A stretch of DNA of 64,000 nt from contig CAJFVJ010000001.1 in the NCBI GenBank assembly GCA_904420445.1, positions 641,266 to 705,265 of the forward strand, written 5' to 3'. Source of the stretch: Candidatus Adamsella avium. Lineage in GTDB: Bacteria > Cyanobacteriota > Vampirovibrionia > Gastranaerophilales > CAJFVJ01. Shown piece by piece: positions 18,060 to 26,761 of this stretch. Each line of letters begins with the position of its first letter. Within the stretch, counting starts at the first letter, position 1. The translations under genes were made by a program, and so were the position numbers. The notes under the pieces are model-generated. The model did no database searches. It saw nothing but the letters and a program-made list of their open reading frames with translations, and was not told the origin of the DNA.

Positions 18060-19574
18060 ATGAAGAAAACAGTTATTTTTTTGATTTTGTTGATGTTTGT
18101 GTTGTTGAACAAAACAGTTTTTGCAGATGAAACAGTGTTTTTTTCCGAACGGGATTTTTCAAAAACAAATCCTCATACAAAAAGACTTTCGCCTCAGATT
18201 TTGAAGATGAAAATTGATGTGACGGATAACATCACAAGATATTTTGATGATGGCATAGTCCCTGTTGATATGAAAGATTGTATAATCATGACTTTGAGTA
18301 ATAACTATGATATTAAGATTGTTTCAAAAACTCAGGAGCAGCAGAAATGGTTGTATTACAACAAACTAAGCGAGTTTATGCCTAATTTTTATTACAACTA
18401 CAATATATCTGACCTCAGGGGTGAGTTTTTGGTCGGTAATGTATTACCGAGGAGAATTCATGAAATAGCAATGCAGAATGTCTTTGGCTACGGCTGGGTG
18501 GTGTTTGACGGAGGAAAGAGATTTTTTAATGCAAAAGCACAAAAAGATATTTACAGGGCTTCTGCTCAGGATAAAAAGATGACGCAGGAGAAAGCTATTC
18601 TCACTGTTGTCGAAAAATATAACGATTTGCTTGCAAAAAAACTCAGCATAGAAGTTTATGAAAGAAATTTGATACAAACTCAGGCTCAGTTAGAGTTGAA
18701 CAAAAATACTTATGAAATAGGAGTCGGGAACAAATTTGACGTTGTCCGCTCGGAAGCTGAGGTTGAGTCAGCTAAGCAAAAACTTGTTGAAGCTTACAAT
18801 TCTTTTCGTCTTGCTCAGGTATCTTTAGCAAGTTTTATGGGGTCAGATTCTTATTGTCCCGTATTTCCGGTTGAAGATGATATTGTTCAAAATACCATTC
18901 TTGATGCCGGGTTGACTCTTGAGAAAATGGAGGAGGTTGCGTTTGAGAACCGCTCTGATTTGAAATCTCTTGAGTTGAAAATTTCTTCTTTGAAAAACCA
19001 GAAGAAGACAATACTCTCCTCTTTCGCTCCGACCATATCTATTGATGGAGCATATTCTTATGTCGGGACAGTCAGACTCGGATCAAGACCTAACCATATG
19101 ATTGCCCTTGATGCGAGATGGGCGCTCGGGAAAGGACTTGGCACTTATGAATATACTCAGCTGAAGGCGGCACAGGCAGAGATAGACAGGAATGTGCTTG
19201 AACTCGACCATACCAAAAATCAAATAAAAGAAGACCTTATAAACACGTATTATTCAATAGCTACGGCAAAACAAACCGTTGAAGCTGCAAGACGTCAGGT
19301 TGTTGCTGCTGATGAGAGTTTGCGTATTGCTTTCGGACGATTGGAGTCAGGAGTCGGGATTTATATCGATGTGCTGCAGGCGCAGGCATCGGAAGTTGAA
19401 GCTAAGATAAACCTTATTAATGCAATTGTTGCCTACAATAATCTTCAAATAAAGGCATTGTATGATATGGGGATTATTTCGGTGTGCAATTCAACAAAGG
19501 GTTATGTCGCTGATAGCAAGGCATTCAAAAAGTATTTGGAGAATAAAGGTTATTATCTCAAGAAAAGAGGATAG
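18060..19574 (+). CDS. TolC-family outer-membrane efflux protein
   Basis: Signal peptide MKKTVIFLILLMFVLLNKTVFA is followed by two repeated coiled-coil/beta halves with TolC-like patterns (YDIKI..., GVGNKFDVVRSEAEV, GVGIYIDVLQAQ). The start was moved to the ATG at 18060. Confidence 0.75.
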   Translation: MKKTVIFLILLMFVLLNKTVFADETVFFSERDFSKTNPHTKRLSPQILKMKIDVTDNITRYFDDGIVPVDMKDCIIMTLSNNYDIKIVSKTQEQQKWLYYNKLSEFMPNFYYNYNISDLRGEFLVGNVLPRRIHEIAMQNVFGYGWVVFDGGKRFFNAKAQKDIYRASAQDKKMTQEKAILTVVEKYNDLLAKKLSIEVYERNLIQTQAQLELNKNTYEIGVGNKFDVVRSEAEVESAKQKLVEAYNSFRLAQVSLASFMGSDSYCPVFPVEDDIVQNTILDAGLTLEKMEEVAFENRSDLKSLELKISSLKNQKKTILSSFAPTISIDGAYSYVGTVRLGSRPNHMIALDARWALGKGLGTYEYTQLKAAQAEIDRNVLELDHTKNQIKEDLINTYYSIATAKQTVEAARRQVVAADESLRIAFGRLESGVGIYIDVLQAQASEVEAKINLINAIVAYNNLQIKALYDMGIISVCNSTKGYVADSKAFKKYLENKGYYLKKRG

Positions 19575-19679
19575 TTCTTTGTGTGAGTTTTCATCGTAAT
19601 GCTGTATTCTATTTGGAGTTTATAGGTTGTAAAATAGACTTATTGCAAAATTCGGAATTTTACAAGGAAGTTTTTAATA

Positions 19680-22600
19680 ATGTTACAGGAAGCAACCAAG
19701 CTTATTAACTCTGCGTTTAATAACAGTTTTATAAAAAAATTGAGTTTATATCTGCATGACTGTGTAAGAGAAGAGGTAAAGAGTTCTACATTCAGAAATC
19801 TGAGGCAGGATAAAGAAAACAAATGGCATTTTCTCGATGGAGAAGAGCTGTTGTTATCTTCAAACGAGTCCGTGTTGAAACTTGATGGTGCAGACAGTTT
19901 GATTACGGAGTTGATGATAAACGCCGATACATCAAAGAAAGAGAAGTATCTTATTTACGGCTATCTGTTCTTGAAAGGGAGAAATAAACGTTCGGGTGAA
20001 TTTTTGACGCCTATACTTTATGCTCCATGCAAACTCGAAAGGGACGGGTTGTTTATCAACTGCTCCTTGATGGAAGATTTTTTATCACTCAACACAGGGG
20101 CTCTCTCGGCTCTTTTGCAGAAAAGTGATGACGAAGATGAAGTTGATGAGCGCTTTGACGGGTTGATTGATGTTATTCCCGACTTACCTTTGAACGATGA
20201 GAAAATTCAAATATTCCTGACTACTCTCAAGTCAATAATCCCTGATATTGATGTGTCCTTGGGGATGTCTTCTCAAAAAGAAATTTCTCAGACAGAGGAA
20301 GATAGCGAACAAAAATGCGGGATAAAAGTTACTAAAGAAGCAGCAATTATCCTGACAAAACGTCCTTCTGTTACTGCTGGTGTTCTGCATGAGCTGACGT
20401 TGATTTCAGAAAAACCGAGCGGTGTAATCAGAGAAACAGCACTTGATGTTGTAAATCAGGAGTTTATACATTCTTCATCCAAATCAGAGAACACTCAAAA
20501 TCCTATTTCAAAAGCGAAAAGTCATGAATTTTTTCCGATAACTCCTCTTGCCTCAAGCGACAGTCAGGAAAATGTAATCAAGATGATTGAAGAAAATCCA
20601 TGGGTAACTGTTTACGGGCCTCCCGGGACAGGAAAATCTCAGACAATTGCAAATGTTGTATCTCATCTTGTTGCAAACGGAAAAACGGTTCTCGTTGCTT
20701 CGAGGATGGATAAGGCTGTTGATGTTGTCGCAGACAGGCTCAATTCTCTAGGGGCGCCTTATATGTCTTTGAGAGCAGGGCGTATGGATTATCAAAAGAA
20801 TTTGCATTTCAAGCTGCAGGATTTGTTATCAAACAAAGTTGATATAGACACCGGTTATGAGGATTGTATTCTTGTAACCCTTGATGATATGAAAAATCTC
20901 GTCAAAACAATCAAAGAGCTTGAAGCAAAATGCGAAAATATCATAAAACTTGAAAAAGACTGGACTGATATCCTCGATGAGCAGAGCAAGCTGCTTAAGA
21001 AGATAGAAGAAAAAATTATTTCGAAAAAATTGAACAATGAAGAAATAAAACAGGTGTCATCTCTTCTCAACAAAATTGAGCAGAGGATGGAAAAAACGGG
21101 GATTATAAACTCAATCCTCAAAAAAATAGACATAATTCGCTTTAATAAGACAACCGAGTTGAAAAAATTCAAACCTGATTTTGATAATATCGATGAGATA
21201 AAAAAAGAACTCGAACTCCAGAAACTGAATAATGATTTAAGACATACGGAGTGCGATATAAACAAAATAGGCAATCTCCATCAGCTCATAGATAACATAA
21301 GACTGCTAAAGCGCAAGCAAAAGAAACTTGCTGTCGATATTTTGAAGAATCAAAGAAGAGAATCTCTCAAAAGCGTGCTGCGTGACCAGCACAAACGCCA
21401 GCGGCTTATGATACACTCAAAGGCTTTGATTGAACGTAAGAAAAATCTCCAGAGCAGACTTCTTGAAGATGAAGATTTTCAGCCGCTTCTTGATACATTC
21501 CCATGCTGGGCTGTGACGACATATGCAATTTCAGAGTCGCTTCCTTTGAAACCGGGGTTATTTGATGTTACGATTATCGATGAGGCGTCACAGTGTGATA
21601 TTGCAAGTTGTTTTCCTGTTTTGTTCAGGGCAAAGAAAGCAATAATCGTCGGTGATGACAAACAGCTTGCACATCTTTCTTTCCTTGAGAAAAACAAAGA
21701 ACAATCTTTCCTTTCTCAATATAACATCCCTGATAGATACCAGCTGATGTGGAGATTCAGAACAAACTCCATTTTTGATTTGGCGAACTATTATTCTGCA
21801 AATCCTGTTTTGTTGGATGAACATTTCAGATGTTTATCTCCGATAATAGATTTCAGCAACCGTGAGTTTTACGGCGGTCGCATCAGGCTGATGAAGAAAG
21901 AAGAGTCTTTGGATGGGTGTCTTGAAGTTCATGTTGTTGAGGGAGCAAAAGTTGACCTCGACAGCACAAGAAATATGGCTGAAGCTGAACAGGTTTTGAA
22001 AAAAATTCAGGAAATAATCATCGAAGATAATGAGAAAAATCCCGATAAACCGGTATCTATAGGAGTAATCTCACCGTTCAGGGCGCAGGTTGATTTAATC
22101 AAAAAAGCTCTATGGCAGGTGATGAGCGAGGATTTAATCAGAAAACATCAGATAGAAGTCGGTACGGCTCATACTTTTCAGGGTGATGAGAAGGATGTAA
22201 TGATTCTATCTTTCACCGTTGCAGAAAACAGCCACTTCCAGAGCATAACATTCCTGCAAAAGCCGAATTTATTCAATGTTGCAATAACAAGAGCGAAAAA
22301 GAAAGTAATATCTTATATTTCAAGACCGGTAGAATCGCTTGCTCCGGGGCTTCTGCGAAGCTATCTTGAATATGTACAGCAATATCAGCAGAAAAAAGAA
22401 GAAGAAAAACTCGATGTTGCGAAAAATACTTTCTCAAACAAACTCCAGAAAAAAATAGCCGAGGAATGCGAAAAAGAAGGCTTTAAGCTTAAATCGAATG
22501 TCGAAATAGCGGGCGTACAGGTTAGCTTGCTTGTTGAAGACAAAAACAGCTATGAAAAAGTGATTGTAGAATGCGACGGAGTTGACGACGGCTGTGAAAA

Positions 22601-22739
22601 ACCTCTCAAACCAATCTGGAAACAGCTGTTATTGGAAAGATGTTCATGGAAAGTTGTTAGAATTACCGCACGTGAATGGCACTACAGCAAAAAAGTCTGT
22701 ATGGACAGAATAAAACAAGAATTAGGTTATATGATTTAA
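19680..22739 (+). CDS. Superfamily-1 (Upf1/DNA2-like, AAA_11/AAA_12-type) helicase with N-terminal DUF4011-like region and C-terminal endonuclease-like module
   Basis: Helicase motifs VYGPPGTGKSQTI, IIDEASQC, VGDDKQL, GTAHTFQGDEKDVMILS and NVAITRAKKKV are present. The C-terminus reads VIVECDGVDD...WKVVRITAREW. Confidence 0.8.
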   Translation: MLQEATKLINSAFNNSFIKKLSLYLHDCVREEVKSSTFRNLRQDKENKWHFLDGEELLLSSNESVLKLDGADSLITELMINADTSKKEKYLIYGYLFLKGRNKRSGEFLTPILYAPCKLERDGLFINCSLMEDFLSLNTGALSALLQKSDDEDEVDERFDGLIDVIPDLPLNDEKIQIFLTTLKSIIPDIDVSLGMSSQKEISQTEEDSEQKCGIKVTKEAAIILTKRPSVTAGVLHELTLISEKPSGVIRETALDVVNQEFIHSSSKSENTQNPISKAKSHEFFPITPLASSDSQENVIKMIEENPWVTVYGPPGTGKSQTIANVVSHLVANGKTVLVASRMDKAVDVVADRLNSLGAPYMSLRAGRMDYQKNLHFKLQDLLSNKVDIDTGYEDCILVTLDDMKNLVKTIKELEAKCENIIKLEKDWTDILDEQSKLLKKIEEKIISKKLNNEEIKQVSSLLNKIEQRMEKTGIINSILKKIDIIRFNKTTELKKFKPDFDNIDEIKKELELQKLNNDLRHTECDINKIGNLHQLIDNIRLLKRKQKKLAVDILKNQRRESLKSVLRDQHKRQRLMIHSKALIERKKNLQSRLLEDEDFQPLLDTFPCWAVTTYAISESLPLKPGLFDVTIIDEASQCDIASCFPVLFRAKKAIIVGDDKQLAHLSFLEKNKEQSFLSQYNIPDRYQLMWRFRTNSIFDLANYYSANPVLLDEHFRCLSPIIDFSNREFYGGRIRLMKKEESLDGCLEVHVVEGAKVDLDSTRNMAEAEQVLKKIQEIIIEDNEKNPDKPVSIGVISPFRAQVDLIKKALWQVMSEDLIRKHQIEVGTAHTFQGDEKDVMILSFTVAENSHFQSITFLQKPNLFNVAITRAKKKVISYISRPVESLAPGLLRSYLEYVQQYQQKKEEEKLDVAKNTFSNKLQKKIAEECEKEGFKLKSNVEIAGVQVSLLVEDKNSYEKVIVECDGVDDGCEKPLKPIWKQLLLERCSWKVVRITAREWHYSKKVCMDRIKQELGYMI

Positions 22740-22760
22740 TAAATTTGGAGATATAAAATT

Positions 22761-23846
22761 ATGCTTTTTGATGTCAAAAGATTTTTATCACATGCAATAC
22801 AGGAAAACATAACGGATATTCACTTTAGAGCAGGATTGCCTCCGATAGTCAGAAGAAACGGTGCTATTGAAAAAGTTCTTGATGAACCTGCACTCTCAGA
22901 GAATGACATCAAGATGATTACCGAAGCGATGATACCTGAGAAATTGAAATACCGTATCAAAGAAGTTTATGACTTCGACTTTCCTTACAGTATAGACGGT
23001 GTTGCAAGATTTCGTGTAAACATGTTATATGAAAGCAACAGAATTGCCTTGAGTATAAGATATATTCCTTACCATATTCCTACTCTTGAAAAACTTAAAC
23101 TCCCTGCATTGATACGTAAGTTTGTAACATTCAACAACGGACTTGTCCTTGTAACCGGAGCGACAGGCAGCGGTAAATCAACTACACTTGCTTCTTTGCT
23201 TGAGTATATTAACCAGAACCAACAGAAGCACATAATTACCATCGAAGACCCGATAGAATTTGTCTTTCAGAGTAAAAAATCTTTCTTCACTCAAAGACAG
23301 ATAGACCTCGATACAGACTCATTCCCTGATGGTGTAAAATATGCTCTCCGTCAAAACCCTGATATTATACTTGTCGGTGAGATGAGAGATAAAGAAACCG
23401 TAGCAAGTGCAATCAAAGCGGCAGAAACGGGACACCTTGTTTTCTCTACTCTGCACACAAATGATTCTATTCAAACTATAAACAGAATTATAAACCTCTT
23501 TGAACCTCATCAAAGAAACTACATCACAACCCAGCTTGCAAACATTATGCGCGGTGTTATTTCACAAAAACTTATACCGAAAGCTGACGGTAACGGACGT
23601 GTTGCTGCAGTTGAAGTGTTGACAGTTACACCTGCTGTTAAAAACTATATGATAAAAGACCAGATAGATGATATCTACGAACAGCTGAATACAGGCTCGC
23701 AAAATGATATGTTATCTTTGAACTCTTCTTTATGCAAGCTTGCAAGAGCAAATGTTATCACTGATATTGCCGCCGTTCAGGCTTCGGAATATCAAAACGA
23801 ACTGAGACAGATGCTGAGAGGCGCATATACCGGTTCTCAAAGATAA
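22761..23846 (+). CDS. pilT: Type IV pilus retraction ATPase PilT
   Basis: Motifs LVTGATGSGKSTTLASLL, ITIEDPIEF, ILVGEMRD and GHLVFSTLHTN are present. The 361-aa length is typical of PilT. Confidence 0.88.
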   Translation: MLFDVKRFLSHAIQENITDIHFRAGLPPIVRRNGAIEKVLDEPALSENDIKMITEAMIPEKLKYRIKEVYDFDFPYSIDGVARFRVNMLYESNRIALSIRYIPYHIPTLEKLKLPALIRKFVTFNNGLVLVTGATGSGKSTTLASLLEYINQNQQKHIITIEDPIEFVFQSKKSFFTQRQIDLDTDSFPDGVKYALRQNPDIILVGEMRDKETVASAIKAAETGHLVFSTLHTNDSIQTINRIINLFEPHQRNYITTQLANIMRGVISQKLIPKADGNGRVAAVEVLTVTPAVKNYMIKDQIDDIYEQLNTGSQNDMLSLNSSLCKLARANVITDIAAVQASEYQNELRQMLRGAYTGSQR

Positions 23847-23871
23847 TTTTTTAAATAGGAGAATAATATTA

Positions 23872-25158
23872 ATGGCACCATATCCAGAAACAGAAACCAT
23901 GACGCTTAAGCGTATCGAAGTGGCGATAAAAAAACGTGACTGGTCGCTCTTATCAGAAGGACTTGTCAAAATACGAGAAAAATTTGATATTAACCACAGA
24001 TGGGAACACTATGAACAATGGAGAGAACTTCTTTTGCAAGCAGAGGAAGCAAAATTGCCGGATGAATTATGGAGATCTTTTTGCTCTACAATTTCAAAAA
24101 TTTTGGGCAATGATGTGATAACTCTCCCGCAAGAGCAGACACCGAAGCTTCCTCTTGAAAACAGAGCTTTTTCATCTCCTTATCAACAGCCTTCGATAGC
24201 TGCTGAAAAACAAGAACCGCAGCAAGAAGCTCAACAACAACTCTCGCTTTCTGAACCTGAAAAGAAAGAGGAAATTATCATATCAACATCTTTTCCTCTT
24301 AAAGAAGAGGTAGCGGAACAGAAGAGTATCAATTCCGTAGAGAAATCTTCCAGGGAGAGCATTGCCGTTTTTTATAACGAAGATATTGAAGAAAATGATA
24401 TGTCATTAATTTCTTCTTATCGAAACGGATTGAATTTGATGATTGAGAAGAACAATGATTATTTTCCTCAAAAAAGCTGGTTTGAGAACTTATCCTATCT
24501 GGTAAGCTCTTTGAACAAGCCGAATTCTCAGATGATAGAATTTTTGCAGGGGATTAAAGATGTAAAAATCAAGGGGGCAATCATTTCTTCAGGATACAGT
24601 TCATCTGTCGTGCAAACTATGTTGAAATCAGGCATTAACTTTGGTATTCCTGGGTTTAGAGAGTCTGATAAATCTGAAAATTGTATCAAATATACTCCTC
24701 TTGGAGGTCTGATAAACTCTTATATCTGTCCATCCTGCGGTAGTAAATCTTTGAAGACAGGTTCTCATTTTGATGCTGTTGTCGGCTGCTGCAAAAAATG
24801 CGCAGGAATGATTTATCCTGATATCTATGATATAAACTCTTCTCTTGCCACCTCATCTCCCAAGATGTGGTATAACGCTTTAAACTCTATGATAAATTCA
24901 AAAGTCTGGGTGATGATTAATCCACCGTATCATTCGAAAACTCAGGTTGAAGAATTTTTATCTTACGCAGTTAACGAAGCTGCTAATCTGCAGAGAGTTT
25001 ATATTATTGCAAAAGCGGAAACCGGTTCTTATTACAGATATCAAATAGAAGAGAAACACCCTTCGGTTGTTGTAAAAGATCAGTATCCATCTGTTTCGAT
25101 GTTTATGGGAGATTTTGCCAATATTGAATTTGAGCAAAAGACACCTGCTCTTATCTAG
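23872..25158 (+). CDS. Hypothetical protein with Q/E-rich linker and Cys4 zinc-ribbon-like motif
   Basis: A 428-aa ORF starts 25 nt after pilT with a GGAG upstream. It contains CPSCGSKSL...GCCKKCAG. I recognise no family. Confidence 0.6.
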   Translation: MAPYPETETMTLKRIEVAIKKRDWSLLSEGLVKIREKFDINHRWEHYEQWRELLLQAEEAKLPDELWRSFCSTISKILGNDVITLPQEQTPKLPLENRAFSSPYQQPSIAAEKQEPQQEAQQQLSLSEPEKKEEIIISTSFPLKEEVAEQKSINSVEKSSRESIAVFYNEDIEENDMSLISSYRNGLNLMIEKNNDYFPQKSWFENLSYLVSSLNKPNSQMIEFLQGIKDVKIKGAIISSGYSSSVVQTMLKSGINFGIPGFRESDKSENCIKYTPLGGLINSYICPSCGSKSLKTGSHFDAVVGCCKKCAGMIYPDIYDINSSLATSSPKMWYNALNSMINSKVWVMINPPYHSKTQVEEFLSYAVNEAANLQRVYIIAKAETGSYYRYQIEEKHPSVVVKDQYPSVSMFMGDFANIEFEQKTPALI

Positions 25159-25171
25159 CTTTCTGATAAAT

Positions 25172-25206
25172 AAAAAAAGACCTGTTCATTAGAACAGGTC
25201 TTTTTT
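25172..25206. terminator. Bidirectional terminator between convergent genes
   Basis: aaaaaagacctgttc-attag-aacaggtctttttt. Confidence 0.7.
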
Positions 25207-25645
25207 AGGGCTTTTCAATCATATCGACACGTCTTTTGTGGCGTCCGCCTTCGAATTCCGTTCTTAACCAAGTATCAACGATGTCAAGAGCCAAATCTAT
25301 TCCGACAACACGACCGCCCATTGTGAGTATGTTTGCGTCATTATGCGAACGGCTCATTCTTGCAGAATAGGTGTCATGGCAGGTGACGGCTCTTATCCCC
25401 TGAATTTTGTTTGCAGTGATACACATCCCGAGGCCTGTTCCGCACAGCAAAATGCCTTTTGAATAATTTCCGTTTGCAACACTCTTTGCAACTTCCTTTG
25501 CTATCGGCGGATAATCTACTGAATTTCTATCAAATGTTCCAAAGTCTTTGTAGTCAAATCCGTTTTTGGCAAGATATTTTTCGATGTAAGTTTTCAGCTC
25601 ATAACCGCCATGGTCACATCCGAGTGCTATTTTTGATTTTGGCAT
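25205..25645 (-). CDS. rpiB: Ribose-5-phosphate isomerase B
   Basis: IALGCDHGG...GILLCGTGLGMCITANK...RSHNDANILTMGGR is typical of RpiB/LacAB. Confidence 0.88.
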   Translation of the reverse strand: MPKSKIALGCDHGGYELKTYIEKYLAKNGFDYKDFGTFDRNSVDYPPIAKEVAKSVANGNYSKGILLCGTGLGMCITANKIQGIRAVTCHDTYSARMSRSHNDANILTMGGRVVGIDLALDIVDTWLRTEFEGGRHKRRVDMIEKP

Positions 25646-25662
25646 TTTTTCTTTCTCTCCTT

Positions 25663-26259
25663 TTATAGTTCAAGGTATCCTTGTCTTAAAATCTTATAAG
25701 TATTATCCGCATAAACCGCAACTACGGTTGATTCAAATTTTTTATCAGGGTCTTCTCCATCTGTAATAAAGTCAATTTTATCTCCAATTGAGCTGATAAC
25801 TTCTTCTTTTGTGACAGAGGAGTTATCGCCTGAGATATTTGCGCTTGTTGTTGCTATTGTATGAGTTTCGACGCATTGTTCAAGAAAATTGAGCAGGTCT
25901 TTATTATCAGGTATTCTTATTCCGACTGTTTCAAATCCTGATGTCATATAATCAGGTGTTCTTTTTGACTTTTTGACAACAAGAGTCAATGCGCCGGGCC
26001 AGTATTTTTTGCTCCATTCAACAGCAAGCTCGGGCATTTTTTCGACATAAGGCTCCAGATATTCAATCCTGCTTGATAAGAGTATCAGAGGTTTTCGTCT
26101 GTCACGGTGTTTTATTGAATAAATTCTTTCAACTCCTTGCTTGCTTTCGACGAGGCAGCCCAAACCCCATACCGTGTCTGTCGGGAATGCAAAAACAGCA
26201 TCTTTGTGTGTTTTAAGATACTGTTTTTGTTCTTCATATTTTTTGAATATTCTGTTCAT
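25663..26259 (-). CDS. tsaC: L-threonylcarbamoyladenylate synthase (YrdC/TsaC family)
   Basis: FPTDTVWGLGC...RKPLILL...TSANISG matches the YrdC/Sua5 family. Confidence 0.8.
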   Translation of the reverse strand: MNRIFKKYEEQKQYLKTHKDAVFAFPTDTVWGLGCLVESKQGVERIYSIKHRDRRKPLILLSSRIEYLEPYVEKMPELAVEWSKKYWPGALTLVVKKSKRTPDYMTSGFETVGIRIPDNKDLLNFLEQCVETHTIATTSANISGDNSSVTKEEVISSIGDKIDFITDGEDPDKKFESTVVAVYADNTYKILRQGYLEL

Positions 26260-26720
26260 TATTTTTTCAGACTATTGAGTTTCAAAACAACATTACCGCT
26301 TATATCAACACCGCCGTAGAGAAGTACTCCGCTTGTAAATACGGCATCGAGTTTTTGTTCTTTTGCAACGAGTTTTACTGCGTTGATAATATTGTTTTCA
26401 ACTTCTTTTTGTTTATCCACCTGATAGTCCTGGAATGCTGTCAATTTTGCTTTGAATTCGGCAGAATATTTTTGTTCGAGATTTTTCTTTTCGACAGGAG
26501 ATTTTGCATTATTGATTTTTTGATTAGCTTCCGTCATGAATTTTTGAATTTCGATATCTTTATTTTTAACTTCGGTGCTTATTTGTTGTGCATAGGTATA
26601 ATTTTTGAGAACTTTGCTCAATTCTATATAACCGATGCCTGCTGCATTGGCCATATTTGTGCACATCATAACAGCCCCTGTCATAATCATTGTACATAAT
26701 ACTTTTTTGTTTATTTTCAT
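26259..26720 (-). CDS. OmpH/Skp-like periplasmic chaperone
   Basis: It has a signal peptide, a K/E/Q-rich coiled region, a 153-aa length, and a position immediately downstream of bamA. Confidence 0.7.
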   Translation of the reverse strand: MKINKKVLCTMIMTGAVMMCTNMANAAGIGYIELSKVLKNYTYAQQISTEVKNKDIEIQKFMTEANQKINNAKSPVEKKNLEQKYSAEFKAKLTAFQDYQVDKQKEVENNIINAVKLVAKEQKLDAVFTSGVLLYGGVDISGNVVLKLNSLKK

Positions 26721-26761
26721 AATTTCTCCTTTCCTAAGTCCGTTTTATTATTTTTATTTGA

